Notes: generated from the letters alone by a model not told the origin. Counted from the stretch's first letter, positions 10,856 to 22,599 are shown. The stretch is DNA of 64,000 nt from Lophium mytilinum (GCA_010093605.1 MU004183.1:1488001-1552000); one strand, 5' to 3'. A program made the numbers and translations.

Positions 10856-11983
10856 CTACCCATCATCCCCAACAACCTTAGCATGCCGAAAGTACTTCAT
10901 ACCTACCCAGGCCACGACCACCCACACCCAGGCCATCACGGCCGTCAGCACCATCAAGGCGGGATAGTACCCAACAATTGGCAGCGTAGGATCGTCCTCT
11001 AGCTCTGGCGGTGCATACGGCGTCTCACCAACATCCCATGCCCAGCTCCATACCCCCAGGCACGACCCCATGCCTACGACGAAGACAATCCACGTGACAA
11101 CCAACACCACCCAGCCCCACCATTCCGTCTCGCTGTAGTCCCATTCCTCTTCTAGTACCATGGCGGAGGGTGTATGTACGATGGGTAGCGAGGAGCCGTG
11201 GCTGCCTTTGTTGGAGCGGCGGCGCTGGAGAGAGGAGGATTGGTTAGGGGGTTGGAGTTGCACGCCGAGGTAGGAGGAGTTGTTTCCAGCTAGCGCGGGA
11301 CGAGAGAATGAGAGGCCTTCGTCGTCGTCGGTCGTAGATGCGTATGGGCCGACTGGGCTTGTAAGGGGCGATGCGAGGGCGCGAGGAGTAGGATGGCCGT
11401 CCTGGGAGAGATTGCTGTCGGTGCTCGTAGCGCTCGTGGTGAGGGAGAGCTTCTGCAACGGTGTCCAGCCGCTGTCTGACGAAGAGGCGTGAGATGGATT
11501 TTCGTAGCTGAAGCGGCGTGGGGTTGTTTCTTCGTCGGGAGACGGTGGGCTCATGTCATCGCGGAAGTCGACGGCGTGCTTGGAGGGGGATTTCTTCTGG
11601 TCCAAGATGGAGTTTCGACGCTCGCGCAGCTTTCCCGTTCCCAGTATCGCTGTTTTCCGCAACGACCCCTTACGCTTTCGCCCCTTATTTTGCCGCATCG
11701 CATTCGCCATAGCTGATGTTTTCTTGGGGCCTTCGTCGTTCTTTTCGGGGTCGGAAGGGTCGTCCTCTCGTTTCGGCGGTGGCATCGGAGGTAGCTCCTC
11801 GGTGGACGCACGTAAGAACAGTGGAAGCTTTCCCAAAATACTCCCAGAGAGACTTCTCTTATGGGACTTAGGGGCCGCGTCGTTGGTTTTAGCAGTTGTT
11901 TTGGCAGCTGTCGTTACGTTGCTCCGCGCGTCAGGAGCAACGCCATCGCCGCCGTTTGCTTTTGCGGCATGTCCATTTTCCAT
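10856..11983 (-). CDS. PIG-Y/Eri1-domain membrane protein with a long disordered N-terminus
   Basis: The C-terminus has two TM helices, WGWVVLVVTWIVFV...YYPAL...AWVWVVVAWVGMKYFRH, resembling the PIG-Y/Eri1 subunit of GPI-GnT. Confidence 0.7.
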   Translation of the reverse strand: MENGHAAKANGGDGVAPDARSNVTTAAKTTAKTNDAAPKSHKRSLSGSILGKLPLFLRASTEELPPMPPPKREDDPSDPEKNDEGPKKTSAMANAMRQNKGRKRKGSLRKTAILGTGKLRERRNSILDQKKSPSKHAVDFRDDMSPPSPDEETTPRRFSYENPSHASSSDSGWTPLQKLSLTTSATSTDSNLSQDGHPTPRALASPLTSPVGPYASTTDDDEGLSFSRPALAGNNSSYLGVQLQPPNQSSSLQRRRSNKGSHGSSLPIVHTPSAMVLEEEWDYSETEWWGWVVLVVTWIVFVVGMGSCLGVWSWAWDVGETPYAPPELEDDPTLPIVGYYPALMVLTAVMAWVWVVVAWVGMKYFRHAKVVGDDG

Positions 11984-12440
11984 GCTCTTGATGTTCCGAA
12001 CCCATCCGGTCGAGGTAATGGTTACCGGATTTTCGTCATAATGGGATCGCTGCTACCGGGGACGGAGATGGTTGCTTGGGAATTGCGGAGGTGGGAGTGC
12101 CAGGATGCGGAGGACGTCGCGTCCAACTTGTGCGCTAAGCGTCCTCCGTCTTAGCTGGAATTCTCTCAATTATCACCACATCGCAAACGATTCTCGCATG
12201 AGCACAAGGGACCAAAGCCTAGCTGTCATAGAACTAGACCACAGTCCCAGCTGAAAGCTCGTCACAGGCAATATAAGAAGATTGGGTTCATTGTTCGTAT
12301 TTTTAAATATACAGCCATTATGGACCACCCATGAGTTACCCAAAGACGCCCGGACACCCCGCCCAAACCGTCATTCCATAAACCGTGGAGACATCAGGCC
12401 ACCTTGATCGCGCTTAGTACCCGGAGCTTTCGATCTCGAT

Positions 12441-12804
12441 CTACTTCTTGGTGGTGAAGTCCGTCTCGAGACTCGACGCGCCAGCCTCAGCTTTGTTCTC
12501 TTGGCCGGCACGGTTGCAGGTGCATGCGCCTTGGGCGCGTTGGTCTGGAGGAGATATCGTTAGAGCGGGTTACACAACTGGAGGGGTAGAAGGAGTCGAG
12601 GTGGACAGAGTCAGACGAGGAGGGAAACATACTGCATGAGCATCTTGCGCCAGAGACGGCATTCTCAGTAGCCGCTTTCTCGCAGTTGCAGTGCAGAGCA
12701 GACTGCTTGCCGCACGAGCAGGTCGCCTCCTTCGCACAGGCGCATCCGTCTCCGGAAGAGCGGCCGCAGCAGGTCGCGGGGACAGTGCCAGTTGGTGCAG
12801 ACAT
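12441..12804 (-). CDS. Cys-rich metallothionein-like protein (Crd2/CrdA type; one intron)
   Basis: CCGR...CAC..ATCSCGKQSALHCNCEKAATEN...RCSC|NQRAQGACTCNRA...ETDFTTKK*, with CxC repeats; intron GTATGT...CTAAC...CAG. Confidence 0.85.
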
Positions 12805-13388
12805 GGTGAAGGTAGTGGGGTTGCTGGTTTTGTAGGTAGGTACTGTAGTTGAAAGAGAGCTTGCTAAGATCGATCAAGTTGTGGGGAGGACCGTACGTGT
12901 GTGTGATTGTATGGAGAAGAAAAGCAGCAAGAAAATGTAACCTTTATAGCTATCTATCATCGTCACGGAGGAGCTTGACTACTAGCTCTGGCCAATCAGA
13001 AGCGAGACATTACAAGTCAAAGGCCAAATTCTCACCTGACGCTCGTTTTGCCTCTCACAAGGATCTGCTGGCCGCGCTATTCACGCAAATCGGCGCCGCA
13101 AATCACAGGTGCAGTATTTGTAACTGAAAGTTTGACTTGGTTCGCTGGGTTTACGGTTCGTAGGAATTTATATCCTTATCAGATTCTGATCTCCCACGAT
13201 CCAACGCCATGTCTCAGTTTCAAAGGCCTCAGACACCAGACACTGCTAACAAACAGGATCAGCTGTGTTTAATGCTTGATTACGCCGAGCATTTTTTAAT
13301 ATAACCTGTTAAACTTGAACATGCCATTGAAACACCCGAGCCACTGTTACGATATCTAACAGGTATAGTCTAGTAATGCAAGTCTACC

Positions 13389-15311
13389 TCAATTAGCCAC
13401 TAATGGGTCATTCGATGCCATGAAGGGCGCCAGCTCCAGATGCACAGTTTCGACCCTCTCTTTCAACGGCGCATCCATAGTATCAGCTCCATGCTTCCGG
13501 AGCCCGCTTATGACAACGAGAGCGTTCATCCGGTCACGCTGCAATTGCACTCCAGCCGTTTCATTCCCTCCGCTTTCAGCTGCAAAGAGCTCCCTCAGGG
13601 AGTCTACCAGGCCCACATTGTCATGCTCGCCGGCTAGGAAGCTTGTCGTCCCTTCCGCCGACAACAGCATTAGCCCAAGCCCAAAGATAGCCTCCGACCT
13701 GACTTCCGCAAAGATCTGTTGCCGTGCAAGCCGTTTGAGAGGTTCGGCTACGAGAGGCGTCTGGTACATGCGGCGAAGAAGTTTAGTATGCGCCGCCGGC
13801 GTGTTGATGAGGCTCTTCAGCATGGCGACTATAGCTCTTCCGACCTCCACGTTGACGGATCTCATGCTCGTGCTCGGCAATGGGCCAGACGGTGCGAGTG
13901 ACTGGTTGATCATCAACTCCAGGATTGTTTGACGCGGTGGATCGAAAGTCGTGTCCTGCACAATCTCTAGTATGTAATATCTGACGTATCCATAATCATC
14001 GTCGACCATTTTGCAGAGTATAGCAGCTGCCTCACCGCGGACAGCGGGCGAAGGGTTGCCGAGCAGGTGGCAGGAAGCCCAGATGAGTCCTGCGTCCTCA
14101 AGGTACATACGATTGTCTCTTGGAAAAGCGAGATGTCGTAAGAGACCAGCGGTGACGTACAGAAGTGCGGGTTCTTGGCTCGTAAACAGTATCCCTATCA
14201 GTGGGCGATGCAAGCATAACAGGACCATTTCCTTGCAGACGTTGTCCGAGATGGCTAAGTTGCCCAGCATAGTACACGCGCAGATAGCTGATGGAGCTAA
14301 TAAGCTTGAGCCGCCCCCCGAGTATAGTGAGAGAACCTTGTCCGTTACTTCTCTCATGAATTCGCTATGCAAGTCGTATGTTTCGCTAAAAGCCTCTGTT
14401 GTAGATATTGCGCAGACACCATTGATCAGCAGAAGGGTGATCTTGAAAGAGGGCTCGTCATCTTGCTGGTCGACTGGGTGGTCAAGAGCCTGGTATAGTG
14501 CGCGTCGCACTGATGGATCAGCTGGTTCGATTTCCCAAAGGATATTGAGCAACCTCTCTGCTTCCGCTGGTGGCAGCTTCAACCGAAAGTCATTGTTCGA
14601 CAGGTAGGGAGTACAGATTTCAAGGATCTGGTCGGTGGGTAGGTTGATTAGGCCGGCTCTGAAAACAGCTTTAGGAGGCGAAATTGCATCTAAAAGATAA
14701 CTGAATGTGGATAACGAAGTGTCGTCAACAAGCTCGGAGGGCGAAAGTGACTCCAAAGTCAAAGCGATGAGCTCCCCTGCAGTCTCGATTCCACTCTCAG
14801 GAATCCTTTCCCTAGCAATGTAGCTAGCAACGATGTAATCAAGCCTCAATTTGGCCGCTTGACTTTCTCCAGGGGAATAGTCATAGCAGAGGTTGAACAC
14901 TGCGCCCAGGGCCGTTGTCGTCAACTCCTCAGTCGAGAAACAATCGATGAGACTCTCTAAAGCGTCGAGAGCAACTGAACGATTTGTGTCGTTATCAGCA
15001 ACAGAGTTGCCAATAATTCGCAAGTGTTGCTTCGCTAGATTGACCGTGGCACTTCCGGATTTGACCTTTTGAAGAGAATACTGCAAAATACCCGCTGTGT
15101 GGTAAGCGTCTCGCCAAATCTCTTCTTTTCCTGCTGCTGTCCCCAGAACTTCCAGAGCTTGGTGACAGATGTCGACGAGACCTTCTGCCTCGAACTCCGC
15201 TAGTCTCTTCGGGACGACTTCGAGGCCCTTCTTGCTCGCCCAAGAAGGGTCTGAGAGGCGTTCCTTTAGGACATCTAGGAAGCCTTCCGGGCTGTCGTCT
15301 CCAGAGTCCAT
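13389..15311 (-). CDS. ARM-repeat protein, SmgGDS/Rap1GDS1 (Bem4/Arz1)-like
   Basis: 640 aa uninterrupted helical ORF with LRIIGNSVADND.NR, AVFNLC.DY, MLGNLA.SD..C and AGLLRHLA.P..NR motifs. Confidence 0.7.
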   Translation of the reverse strand: MDSGDDSPEGFLDVLKERLSDPSWASKKGLEVVPKRLAEFEAEGLVDICHQALEVLGTAAGKEEIWRDAYHTAGILQYSLQKVKSGSATVNLAKQHLRIIGNSVADNDTNRSVALDALESLIDCFSTEELTTTALGAVFNLCYDYSPGESQAAKLRLDYIVASYIARERIPESGIETAGELIALTLESLSPSELVDDTSLSTFSYLLDAISPPKAVFRAGLINLPTDQILEICTPYLSNNDFRLKLPPAEAERLLNILWEIEPADPSVRRALYQALDHPVDQQDDEPSFKITLLLINGVCAISTTEAFSETYDLHSEFMREVTDKVLSLYSGGGSSLLAPSAICACTMLGNLAISDNVCKEMVLLCLHRPLIGILFTSQEPALLYVTAGLLRHLAFPRDNRMYLEDAGLIWASCHLLGNPSPAVRGEAAAILCKMVDDDYGYVRYYILEIVQDTTFDPPRQTILELMINQSLAPSGPLPSTSMRSVNVEVGRAIVAMLKSLINTPAAHTKLLRRMYQTPLVAEPLKRLARQQIFAEVRSEAIFGLGLMLLSAEGTTSFLAGEHDNVGLVDSLRELFAAESGGNETAGVQLQRDRMNALVVISGLRKHGADTMDAPLKERVETVHLELAPFMASNDPLVAN

Positions 15312-15435
15312 GACGAGTGCATCGATATCGATCTTCGTTTAACTCGCAGGGCCACCTTCGGCGGCGGTGTTGAGGAAGAAGGAGTGTAATCAGCTTTGAA
15401 AGCTCGAAGTTAGGCAGGCACTAGGCGAGAACATC

Positions 15436-15643
15436 TCTGATTGGACCAAGCTTCGAACATTTCTTGGACGTGACCATCAACAGATGCGCAGATGCCGCAG
15501 TCGGAAATGGCCCGGCAAGCTTGAAGACTGGTTATTACGGTGGGCTTACGATTTATGAAAATACTTTGAAGAGCTTCAGACGGCGGTAGAGCAGTCTACT
15601 CGATTGCATTTCCAACCTCCAACATCCATTTTTCTGATTGGAC
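15436..15643. promoter_or_regulatory. Two identical CCAAT-box 11-mers in a divergent promoter
   Basis: TCTGATTGGAC at 15436-15446 and 15633-15643, between the divergent ARM gene and DPM3. Confidence 0.4.
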
Positions 15644-15780
15644 TAGCTCTTAATTACATAAGCGATAGTTCTAAGCCCTGGAGATCTGTCTCGACGCGAC
15701 ACCATCTCGAATCCCAAGCTACCAATCCAGCTTATCTGTATATCAAAACCGCAAAGACACCCAGATCACCCAATCTCAAA

Positions 15781-16190
15781 ATGACACGCGCCCAACAAAC
15801 AATCTCCATAGCTCTCCTCCTCTCCTCCGTAAGGCTCCTTCCACACTCCCCTCAAACCACACAACTAACAAACCCACAGCTCTATCTCACCTGCTTCCTC
15901 GGCTTCGTGCCGTTCTCCCCCAAAATCCAGGACGAGATAATCCCAGTGGTACGAGAATTATCTCAACACGCCTGGACGTGATTTCGGGTTTCATACATGC
16001 TAATGCGACGGGGTGATCTCAGTTGCCTTTCTGGGGTTTGATCTCATTCGGCTCGTACCTCCTCTTCAAGCTTGGATACGGGGTGTTCACGTTCAATGAT
16101 GTGCCCGAGGCGCATAAGGAGCTGATGGCGGAGATTGAGCTTGCGAGGGTGGATTTGAAGGCGAAGGGGGTGGATGTAGGGAATGATTAG
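15781..16190 (+). CDS. DPM3: Dolichol-phosphate mannosyltransferase subunit 3 (introns 15829-15879, 15949-16022)
   Basis: Spliced product MTRAQQTISIALLLSSLYL...IIPVLPFWGLISFGSYLLFKLGYGVFTFNDVPEAHKELMAEIELARVDLKAKGVDV. Confidence 0.92.
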
Positions 16191-16486
16191 AGGATCAGGT
16201 CGGCCGGGGAGCGATGTAATATGGGAGGGAGTTTGGAGATGGAGGAAGAGCCACATCCTTCGTATAATCAAGAGGACAGTCAGGGCACGATTGGAGCAAG
16301 GAAGGCTTTCGGAGCGCCAGGGGCTGTGTGGTCAGGCGTAAGGGAGCTCTACGCCGAAATTCGAAGCTTCAAATACCGAGCAACGCGCTGTACGAAGAGC
16401 CATAATCAAGCATGTCCAATGTCCATTGCGACTTCAACGTTGACTCCAATATTCATAAATGTATGTATTCGATATTCAAGATATGA

Positions 16487-17282
16487 CTAACCCACACTTC
16501 CTTCCTGCAAATGCTTCAGCTTCAACTTTTTCTCAGTCCGCATAAACTCTCTTATGCCAACGGGTATATCGCCAAAAAGATCTTCTTTGCCCGTCCCAAG
16601 CTGCGCACTCCAATTCGCCTCGCTCCCGCCGCCATCATCGTCCATGCTTGTCGCCACATGCTGCGGCGTGCCCTCCGGTGCGACCATCGTCCCTGTACCC
16701 TCTCCGCGAACCCGCTTTGCTTGTAATGCCGCCCTCGCTTCTTGGGATTTTGCAGCCCATTCTTCTATATCGTCACGGTATACATCCCACACGCAGTTCA
16801 CACAGCCAGACATGCAGCAGTTGTCCGGTTCCGTGGGCCGCGGCGGGACCGTAACGCCCCCTATGACTACGGACGAGGCTTCTCTTTCCGCTTGACGCTC
16901 GGCTGGGCCAGCCAGACGCGAACCAAACACTATGCGTGCTTTTGCGAGAGTCTCTTCTTTCTGTGTTTTGGGGCGGGACTCGGGCGGGGTGGGGGCGGTT
17001 CCGGTCGCGGACTGGACTCTTGCAAGGGGTTGGGATATGAGGTCTTTATCATAATCAGTATGTGGAACCATTCTATGGTGCCAAAGCGGGCGTACCTGCG
17101 TAGAATCCTTGGATAGGGTTGGCCTGGCTACCGGGATTGGCGATATGGCCTTTGTAGCGCCGGGGTATCCGATTGCTGTTCTGCAGGCCTATGCTTCTGG
17201 AAGCTGTGCTAGGCCGTGATCTACTCATAGATTGTAGACATGAGGCGCAAATGAAGCTGCGAAGTGCCTGCGGGGGTGCCAT
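16487..17282 (-). CDS. Oxidoreductase-like domain protein (OXLD1/UPF0651), probably mitochondrial (intron 17044-17095)
   Basis: PPRPTEPDNCCMSGCVNCVWDVY and IPVGIREFMRTEKKLK motifs; Arg/Ser-rich presequence-like N-terminus. Confidence 0.88.
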
Positions 17283-17631
17283 GCGGAGTGACTAGTATCC
17301 GGTCCTCCGTACTGGGAAGAACGAGGGAAGCCTGGGGGATCCCAACCAGTTTTCTATAAGCTATGAAACTTGTGTTCGAGTCTGAAGCATATCGTGGGAG
17401 TGACAAAGCAAAGTGGCGCAAAGCAATGGTGAATGGCGAAGGAAAAGAATTCAAGATGAAAGCTTTCAACGTCATCCACGCTCGGGCCGATCTCCTCGGC
17501 AAGCCGTCCCGAAACATCAACACCACAACGCGTCTCTCTCTATCACTATTTTGCGCGTCGAACCTACACCCCCACCTCTTCGCCTACTATTCCCTACGAT
17601 CCTGCGGCGCATAAAGCATCGAATTGCCGCC

Positions 17632-19408
17632 ATGGATCCAAGATCTCCTAAAAGGCGGAAAACTACACCTCCCGACACAAATGCGACAGATACCCCCGCG
17701 AGGACTCCCACACGCGCTTCATTCCTATCCCCAACCAAAGCAAGCTTGGCACGCTTCAATCCAGGACTACTACCGCGGGCTGGCTCAGAGAGGGGATCGA
17801 AGAGCCGCGGCGCTTTGATCGGTCGCCGGACAGAAGCAGTGGATACAGATGAGCAGATATACGCCAGTGCGGGCGCGCACGCTGGAACACCAACGCTTGA
17901 GCAAGAGGACGACCTCCCACTTGCTTCAAATGAAGTGAGTGTGCGAGACACAAGCCAAGGAATATTGTATTCGTCACCGAGCAAGCGACCCCGCAGAGGA
18001 AGGACTACGTCCCCATTGCGACCGCAAGCTCCGCCGCCCATGAATACGGATGATACGGTTATGACGGATGCGCCTCTGGAGGGCGATACACAACTTCAAT
18101 CGGAGGTTGGGCAGCAGGAGGTGGTAGCGGAGGCGGCACCAGTAGATCCTGAAATAGAGAAAAAGCAGCAAGAGAAGGAGCAATTAGAGCGTGAGATGGA
18201 CGCGTTGCAGGAAGAGGTCAGGCAATACGAACGTGCTGTGGAGGTCAGTCGCAAGTCGTCATCTGGCGCACTCCCCGACGACTTCAGTTTCGACGAGCTA
18301 GTGTAAGAATAGTCCGATCTACAGGTACTGCACAGTAACTAACGAAGATGTTAGATCCCTGATAAACAATACGGATCCTTCAGTCTCGATGGTCGAGAAA
18401 CCAAAAGCTGCCCCCATCTCCTTGCTTCTCTCGTCTTTCTTGCCATTCTCAAAACCACCTCCAGCAACCACACAGTCATCTGCAGATGATCTCGACAAAC
18501 CGGTTCCATCTCATGGCCCTGTAGATCTGGACGATCCGCTCCCGTACCTCCGATTATTCACCCCGTTCACATACAAATCGCGCATTAGCATCCCAAATGC
18601 GCAAACTGATGGCTCCAATGCGTCAGACCTGTATCAATTCCACTCGATTGACATCCTAGAACCTCGAAAGCTTTTGATGGCCAAAATGAACATGACGATA
18701 GATGTTTCAAAGCAGAAACTTGTCAAGCTCTCCCTCGTACACCTTTCTCAATGGGCAGAACGAGAGCTAGGTACCTGGATCCGCAGGAAAGCGCGGGAGA
18801 AGGATCTGGGAGCTGTATCGTGGGCTCTTGGGTCTTACTGGGACATCTCTATCCGAAGAGCGGAATGCTGGCAGAAATGCCAGCGACTGCTTAATGACGT
18901 GGATAAGACGGGAGGTAAAGCTCTCCCGGGAGAGCGAAGAGGTCGTCCAGCAGCTCGCGACATCGGCAGTGACGAGGATGCTGAAGGGAGTACAGAGGAA
19001 GAGGATGCAGTTGCGGGCGTTGCGGCCGGTGGCGAGCAAGCTGTGAGAGGCAAGACCCTCATGAAGCGCAAAGCGGTTGTTTCACGGAAGCAACTGCTAA
19101 CGCATCTCGGGAGAGAGTCGTTGATCTTTGAGTCTTCGGAGATCGTGCTCAAGATCGGTTGGGACATTGGCTTTGACTGGACTGGCGAGGCGAAGTCTAC
19201 TGTCAAAGCTACTGCCGCTTTCCCCAGAGTTTGTAAGTGCCGATGACTCTCGATTCTAATCTAATCGTGCTAACATGTCTGCGATATAGGGCACGACGCA
19301 GATGCGAGGAACTCTCTAAAGAAGGTCCCAGCAACGTTCGATAATTTGGTCAGAGATCGAGGCGTTTACGAGAGCATCAAAGCGATGGTTGGGTTGCTAT
19401 TTGCTTGA
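17632..19408 (+). CDS. Probable CENP-P/Ctf19/Fta2-like inner kinetochore protein (introns 18303-18354, 19233-19289)
   Basis: Disordered N-terminus, then a coiled coil, then ELGTWIRRKAREKDL...RAECW and W.IGFDWTG...P..W...D....LKKVPATFDNLV...G....I..MV.LL, resembling the CENP-P double-RWD region. Confidence 0.6.
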
Positions 19409-20259
19409 ATTGATAATAATACCCCAAGAGGGCCTTCAGAGCCGCATACACATGGTCAAACCCCAAGAGGGTGATGCAGTGATTAGAACTGGTGCCAAGG
19501 TGCCAGCGTTTTGTTAGATAAAGGGGCGAAAGCGACTACGCGGAGTGGGACAATGCTGAGTCAGCACGCTAATTTCGATTCGTCTGGAGTGACTTCACCT
19601 CGTCCACTGCATCCCCAAACCTGCATTTGCAACGCCCCAAATTATGTTCTCGAGAACTTGACATCGTCTCCCGAATTTGCATGTCCTGTGGGGGCACCTC
19701 ATACGGTGGCAGGCAAACGGAAAATCATGGTATATCATGGTTTGATTGAGGCAAGTTGGATCTAGAGAGGGCGGGGACTGTGCCGATTAGGTATCAGTGT
19801 TCGGGTGGGTTTGACGCCGTCTGAGGTGGCTCAGAGAGCTTTTGGGCTTGCCAAAATGTCGTATTCCGGATTTTGATAATGTGATGAGGCACCTGTGACA
19901 GTGGCAGTACGTGTAATGAAGCTATTTCATGATGCTAATCTACAGTGTCTAGAAACCAGCAAGCCAAACGGCAGTCAATATCGTCCGGGACAGCTACCCG
20001 GATTCTCTCCATCTAATATCTCGCCGCGACGCTTTCAGACCTGCTACCCCACATAGGGGGTTGGAGCCTCTCTGACAGTGCGACACTACGAGCAAAGGGA
20101 ACAGGAAAAGTATGCAACATGAGGAGGAAAGTCAAAACCAGACCAGAAACAGCAGCCAAAAGAAAGAGACCCAAAATCAGACCGCAAACACTCTCAGCTT
20201 GACCCCGCTTTTAACACCTCCAGACGTCTCCAGTACCGCTATTATCACCCCCAAATCTC

Positions 20260-21450
20260 TCACTCCTCCAACTCAATCTGGAGTGCCCTGGCAGCGTCAA
20301 GCCAGTCGAGCGCCGCACAGAGCCTCGCGAGCTTCTTCCTGCAGTCTTGCCCCGAACTCATCCACTTGACCCAGCCCTCGTCGCCATACGGACGGCGCAC
20401 CGTGTAGTCCTCCAGCTCCTTCCGAAAGGCCGCAGGATCTTTCCTCCGTTCCGCCAATTTGGCCTGCAGGTTCTCGCACGACACAGACAGGTAGCTCTTC
20501 TCGCGTATCTTCTCCTCGATCTTCAGCTGGGGAGTGACATCGTCCTTGAGGAGGAAGTTGACGAGGTCGGTCCCGTTCTTCTTCGCGCAGTAGGCGGGCG
20601 TGAACCAGTCAAAGCCTCGCGCGAGGAGCTCCGCGGACATGCCTGGCTTGCCGGACTTGAACCAGGTCTTCGCTGTGTTGATGGTTTTCTTGAAGGGCTC
20701 GGCGATGCTTTGGGTGCTGGAGGAGGGCTTCGGGGTTGATGCCTTGCGCTTGGTGATACCCTGCGGCTTGGAGGAAGGCTGCGGGGCGGGGACCTTGCGC
20801 TTGCTGGTGGCCTGCGTCTTGGAGGCGGACTTCATGGCGGGGACCTTGCGCGCTGGAGGTGGGGACTTGGAGCTGCGCGTGGATGGTGGGTCGCTGCGGT
20901 GGTTGGGAGAACTAGGCTTGCAATGCTTCTGCGATGTCGAATCCTTCTTCTCGTCTTCCGTCTCTCCAGTCTTCTCGTCTCCCTTCTCACCAGCCTTTCC
21001 CTTCTCCTTCGTCTTCTCCGCAATCTTGGTCTTCGTAGCCGCACGCTTCTCTTCCTGCTTGCGCGCGTAGCGCTCCCGGCACTTCTTGTTCCGCTCCTGT
21101 TTCTTCTTTTCGTCCTCTTCGTCCATCCGCTTGCGGTCCTTTGCGTCCTCTACTTCCTGCGCGAGCCTGGAGTAGTGGCGTGCGTCGGCCCCGTTCTTGA
21201 TCTTGGGACGCTTAGCAGGAGGAGAGTCGTTGTGGCGGGCGACACGCTGTGGCTTCATCGCGAAGATGGCGTCACGGACTTTGGAGGCGTCCGGGGGGGA
21301 GTCAGAGGCCTTGCGCTTCGTGCCGGCAGCAGCAGAGGCAGTGCTGACCTGGGCGGTGGTGCCAGCGGCCTCTTCGGCGGGGATGGTCTTAGGGGTGGTG
21401 GCGGCAGCGGGCTTGACGGGAGTCGAGGTTGGGGTGGTGGAGGGAGACAT
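20260..21450 (-). CDS. Lys/Ser/Pro-rich hypothetical protein, likely nuclear
   Basis: Long ORF with strong GC3 bias from the ATG at 21450 (MSPSTTPT...), NLS-like KRK/KRPK motifs and a more globular C-terminal ~120 aa. No family recognised. Confidence 0.65.
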   Translation of the reverse strand: MSPSTTPTSTPVKPAAATTPKTIPAEEAAGTTAQVSTASAAAGTKRKASDSPPDASKVRDAIFAMKPQRVARHNDSPPAKRPKIKNGADARHYSRLAQEVEDAKDRKRMDEEDEKKKQERNKKCRERYARKQEEKRAATKTKIAEKTKEKGKAGEKGDEKTGETEDEKKDSTSQKHCKPSSPNHRSDPPSTRSSKSPPPARKVPAMKSASKTQATSKRKVPAPQPSSKPQGITKRKASTPKPSSSTQSIAEPFKKTINTAKTWFKSGKPGMSAELLARGFDWFTPAYCAKKNGTDLVNFLLKDDVTPQLKIEEKIREKSYLSVSCENLQAKLAERRKDPAAFRKELEDYTVRRPYGDEGWVKWMSSGQDCRKKLARLCAALDWLDAARALQIELEE

Positions 21451-22091
21451 CTTGAATGGTATGATGGCGATGCGGAAGGTGAATGATGTGTTGATAGGGT
21501 GTACAGAAGGCAGTAACGCGTGGTGTGATGTGTGATGTCTAGAGCTGCGAAGCTGTCTGTGTGTGTAGGATGAGGAAGGAAGAAGGTCGAGTCTGGAGTC
21601 GGAGACGCTTTTTGACCTGCTCGGCGCTAGCGTGGTTATTGTTCGGGGTGACAATGGGACACAATAGGCGTGCCCAAGTGAAGTGCGGATTGAAGGCAAT
21701 TCGCGGCTAGCGGAGGTCACGATAGCTGTTCGGCTTTGATATAGTGCTTCATTCACCGCGTGTGCCAAGATCAGGCGGTGGGAGGTAGGGAGCTGCACAC
21801 GTAAAAAGCCCCTTGGAGGGCTCCTAGAAGGCATGAAAATTGCTTTGACAATAGGAATATACCTTTGGAGGACCTCTTGGGGTTCTAGAAACTTATTTCG
21901 GCGATGTCATGTTCTAGATACACTGAATCAGGAGGGCTGAATTTGGATGAGATACAGAGAGTTATATCAGATATGCATATTCCACGTGTTTGAAACGCAA
22001 TCGAAAGAATTTGTCTTTCAGAGTAGCTAATCTTTGAACATTCAGGAGTTCTAAGAAGGTCGTCCATCACTTCCAATTGCTAGGGTTCGAC

Positions 22092-22577
22092 GTGCGATGT
22101 AAAGGACGATGTAGTGCATGTTAGACTGCCTTTTGACCTAGCTAATGTATTCTAGCTAGAGTGCTCCGTACAGTGGCGTCAAGCGAATTTTTTTACAGCT
22201 GATACAGTTGTATATCCGTCTGCCCAGACTCGTAACCCATTTATATACCCCTTGGTGCGATGTGAACAACAACATAGTGAATATTGCACTACCTTTTGAC
22301 CGAGCTAATACATGCTAGCTAGAGTGCTCCTTACAGTGGCATGAAGCGAGCAAAACTACAGCTGAAACGGTTGTATATCCGTCTAACTAGACTCATGACC
22401 TATTTATACACCCCTTGTGCGATGTGAACGACAATGTAGTGAATATTGGACTGCCTTTAAACCTGGCCAACACATGCTAGCTGGAGTGCTCCTGACAGTG
22501 TTGTTGAGCGAGCAGGACTGCAGCTAGACCGGTTGTATATCCGCGCGCCTGGATTTATTACCAGTCATATACTCCTT
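22092..22577. repeat. Tandem array of three diverged ~162 bp units
   Basis: Units start GTGCGATGT at 22092, 22255 and 22417 and share CTAGCT(A/G)GAGTGCTCC..ACAGTG, CAGCT and GTTGTATATCCG. Confidence 0.9.
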
Positions 22578-22599
22578 ATGCTTATTTAACCGCTTCATT

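Noticed and set aside
12925..12933. Ace1/Cup2-type copper element for the metallothionein
   Set aside because: TTCTTGCTG fits the degenerate consensus, but it is a single copy lying downstream of the apparent TATA, which is too weak to call.
22092..22577. CRISPR-like array
   Set aside because: Eukaryotic context, whole units are homologous with no unique spacers, and there are no cas genes.
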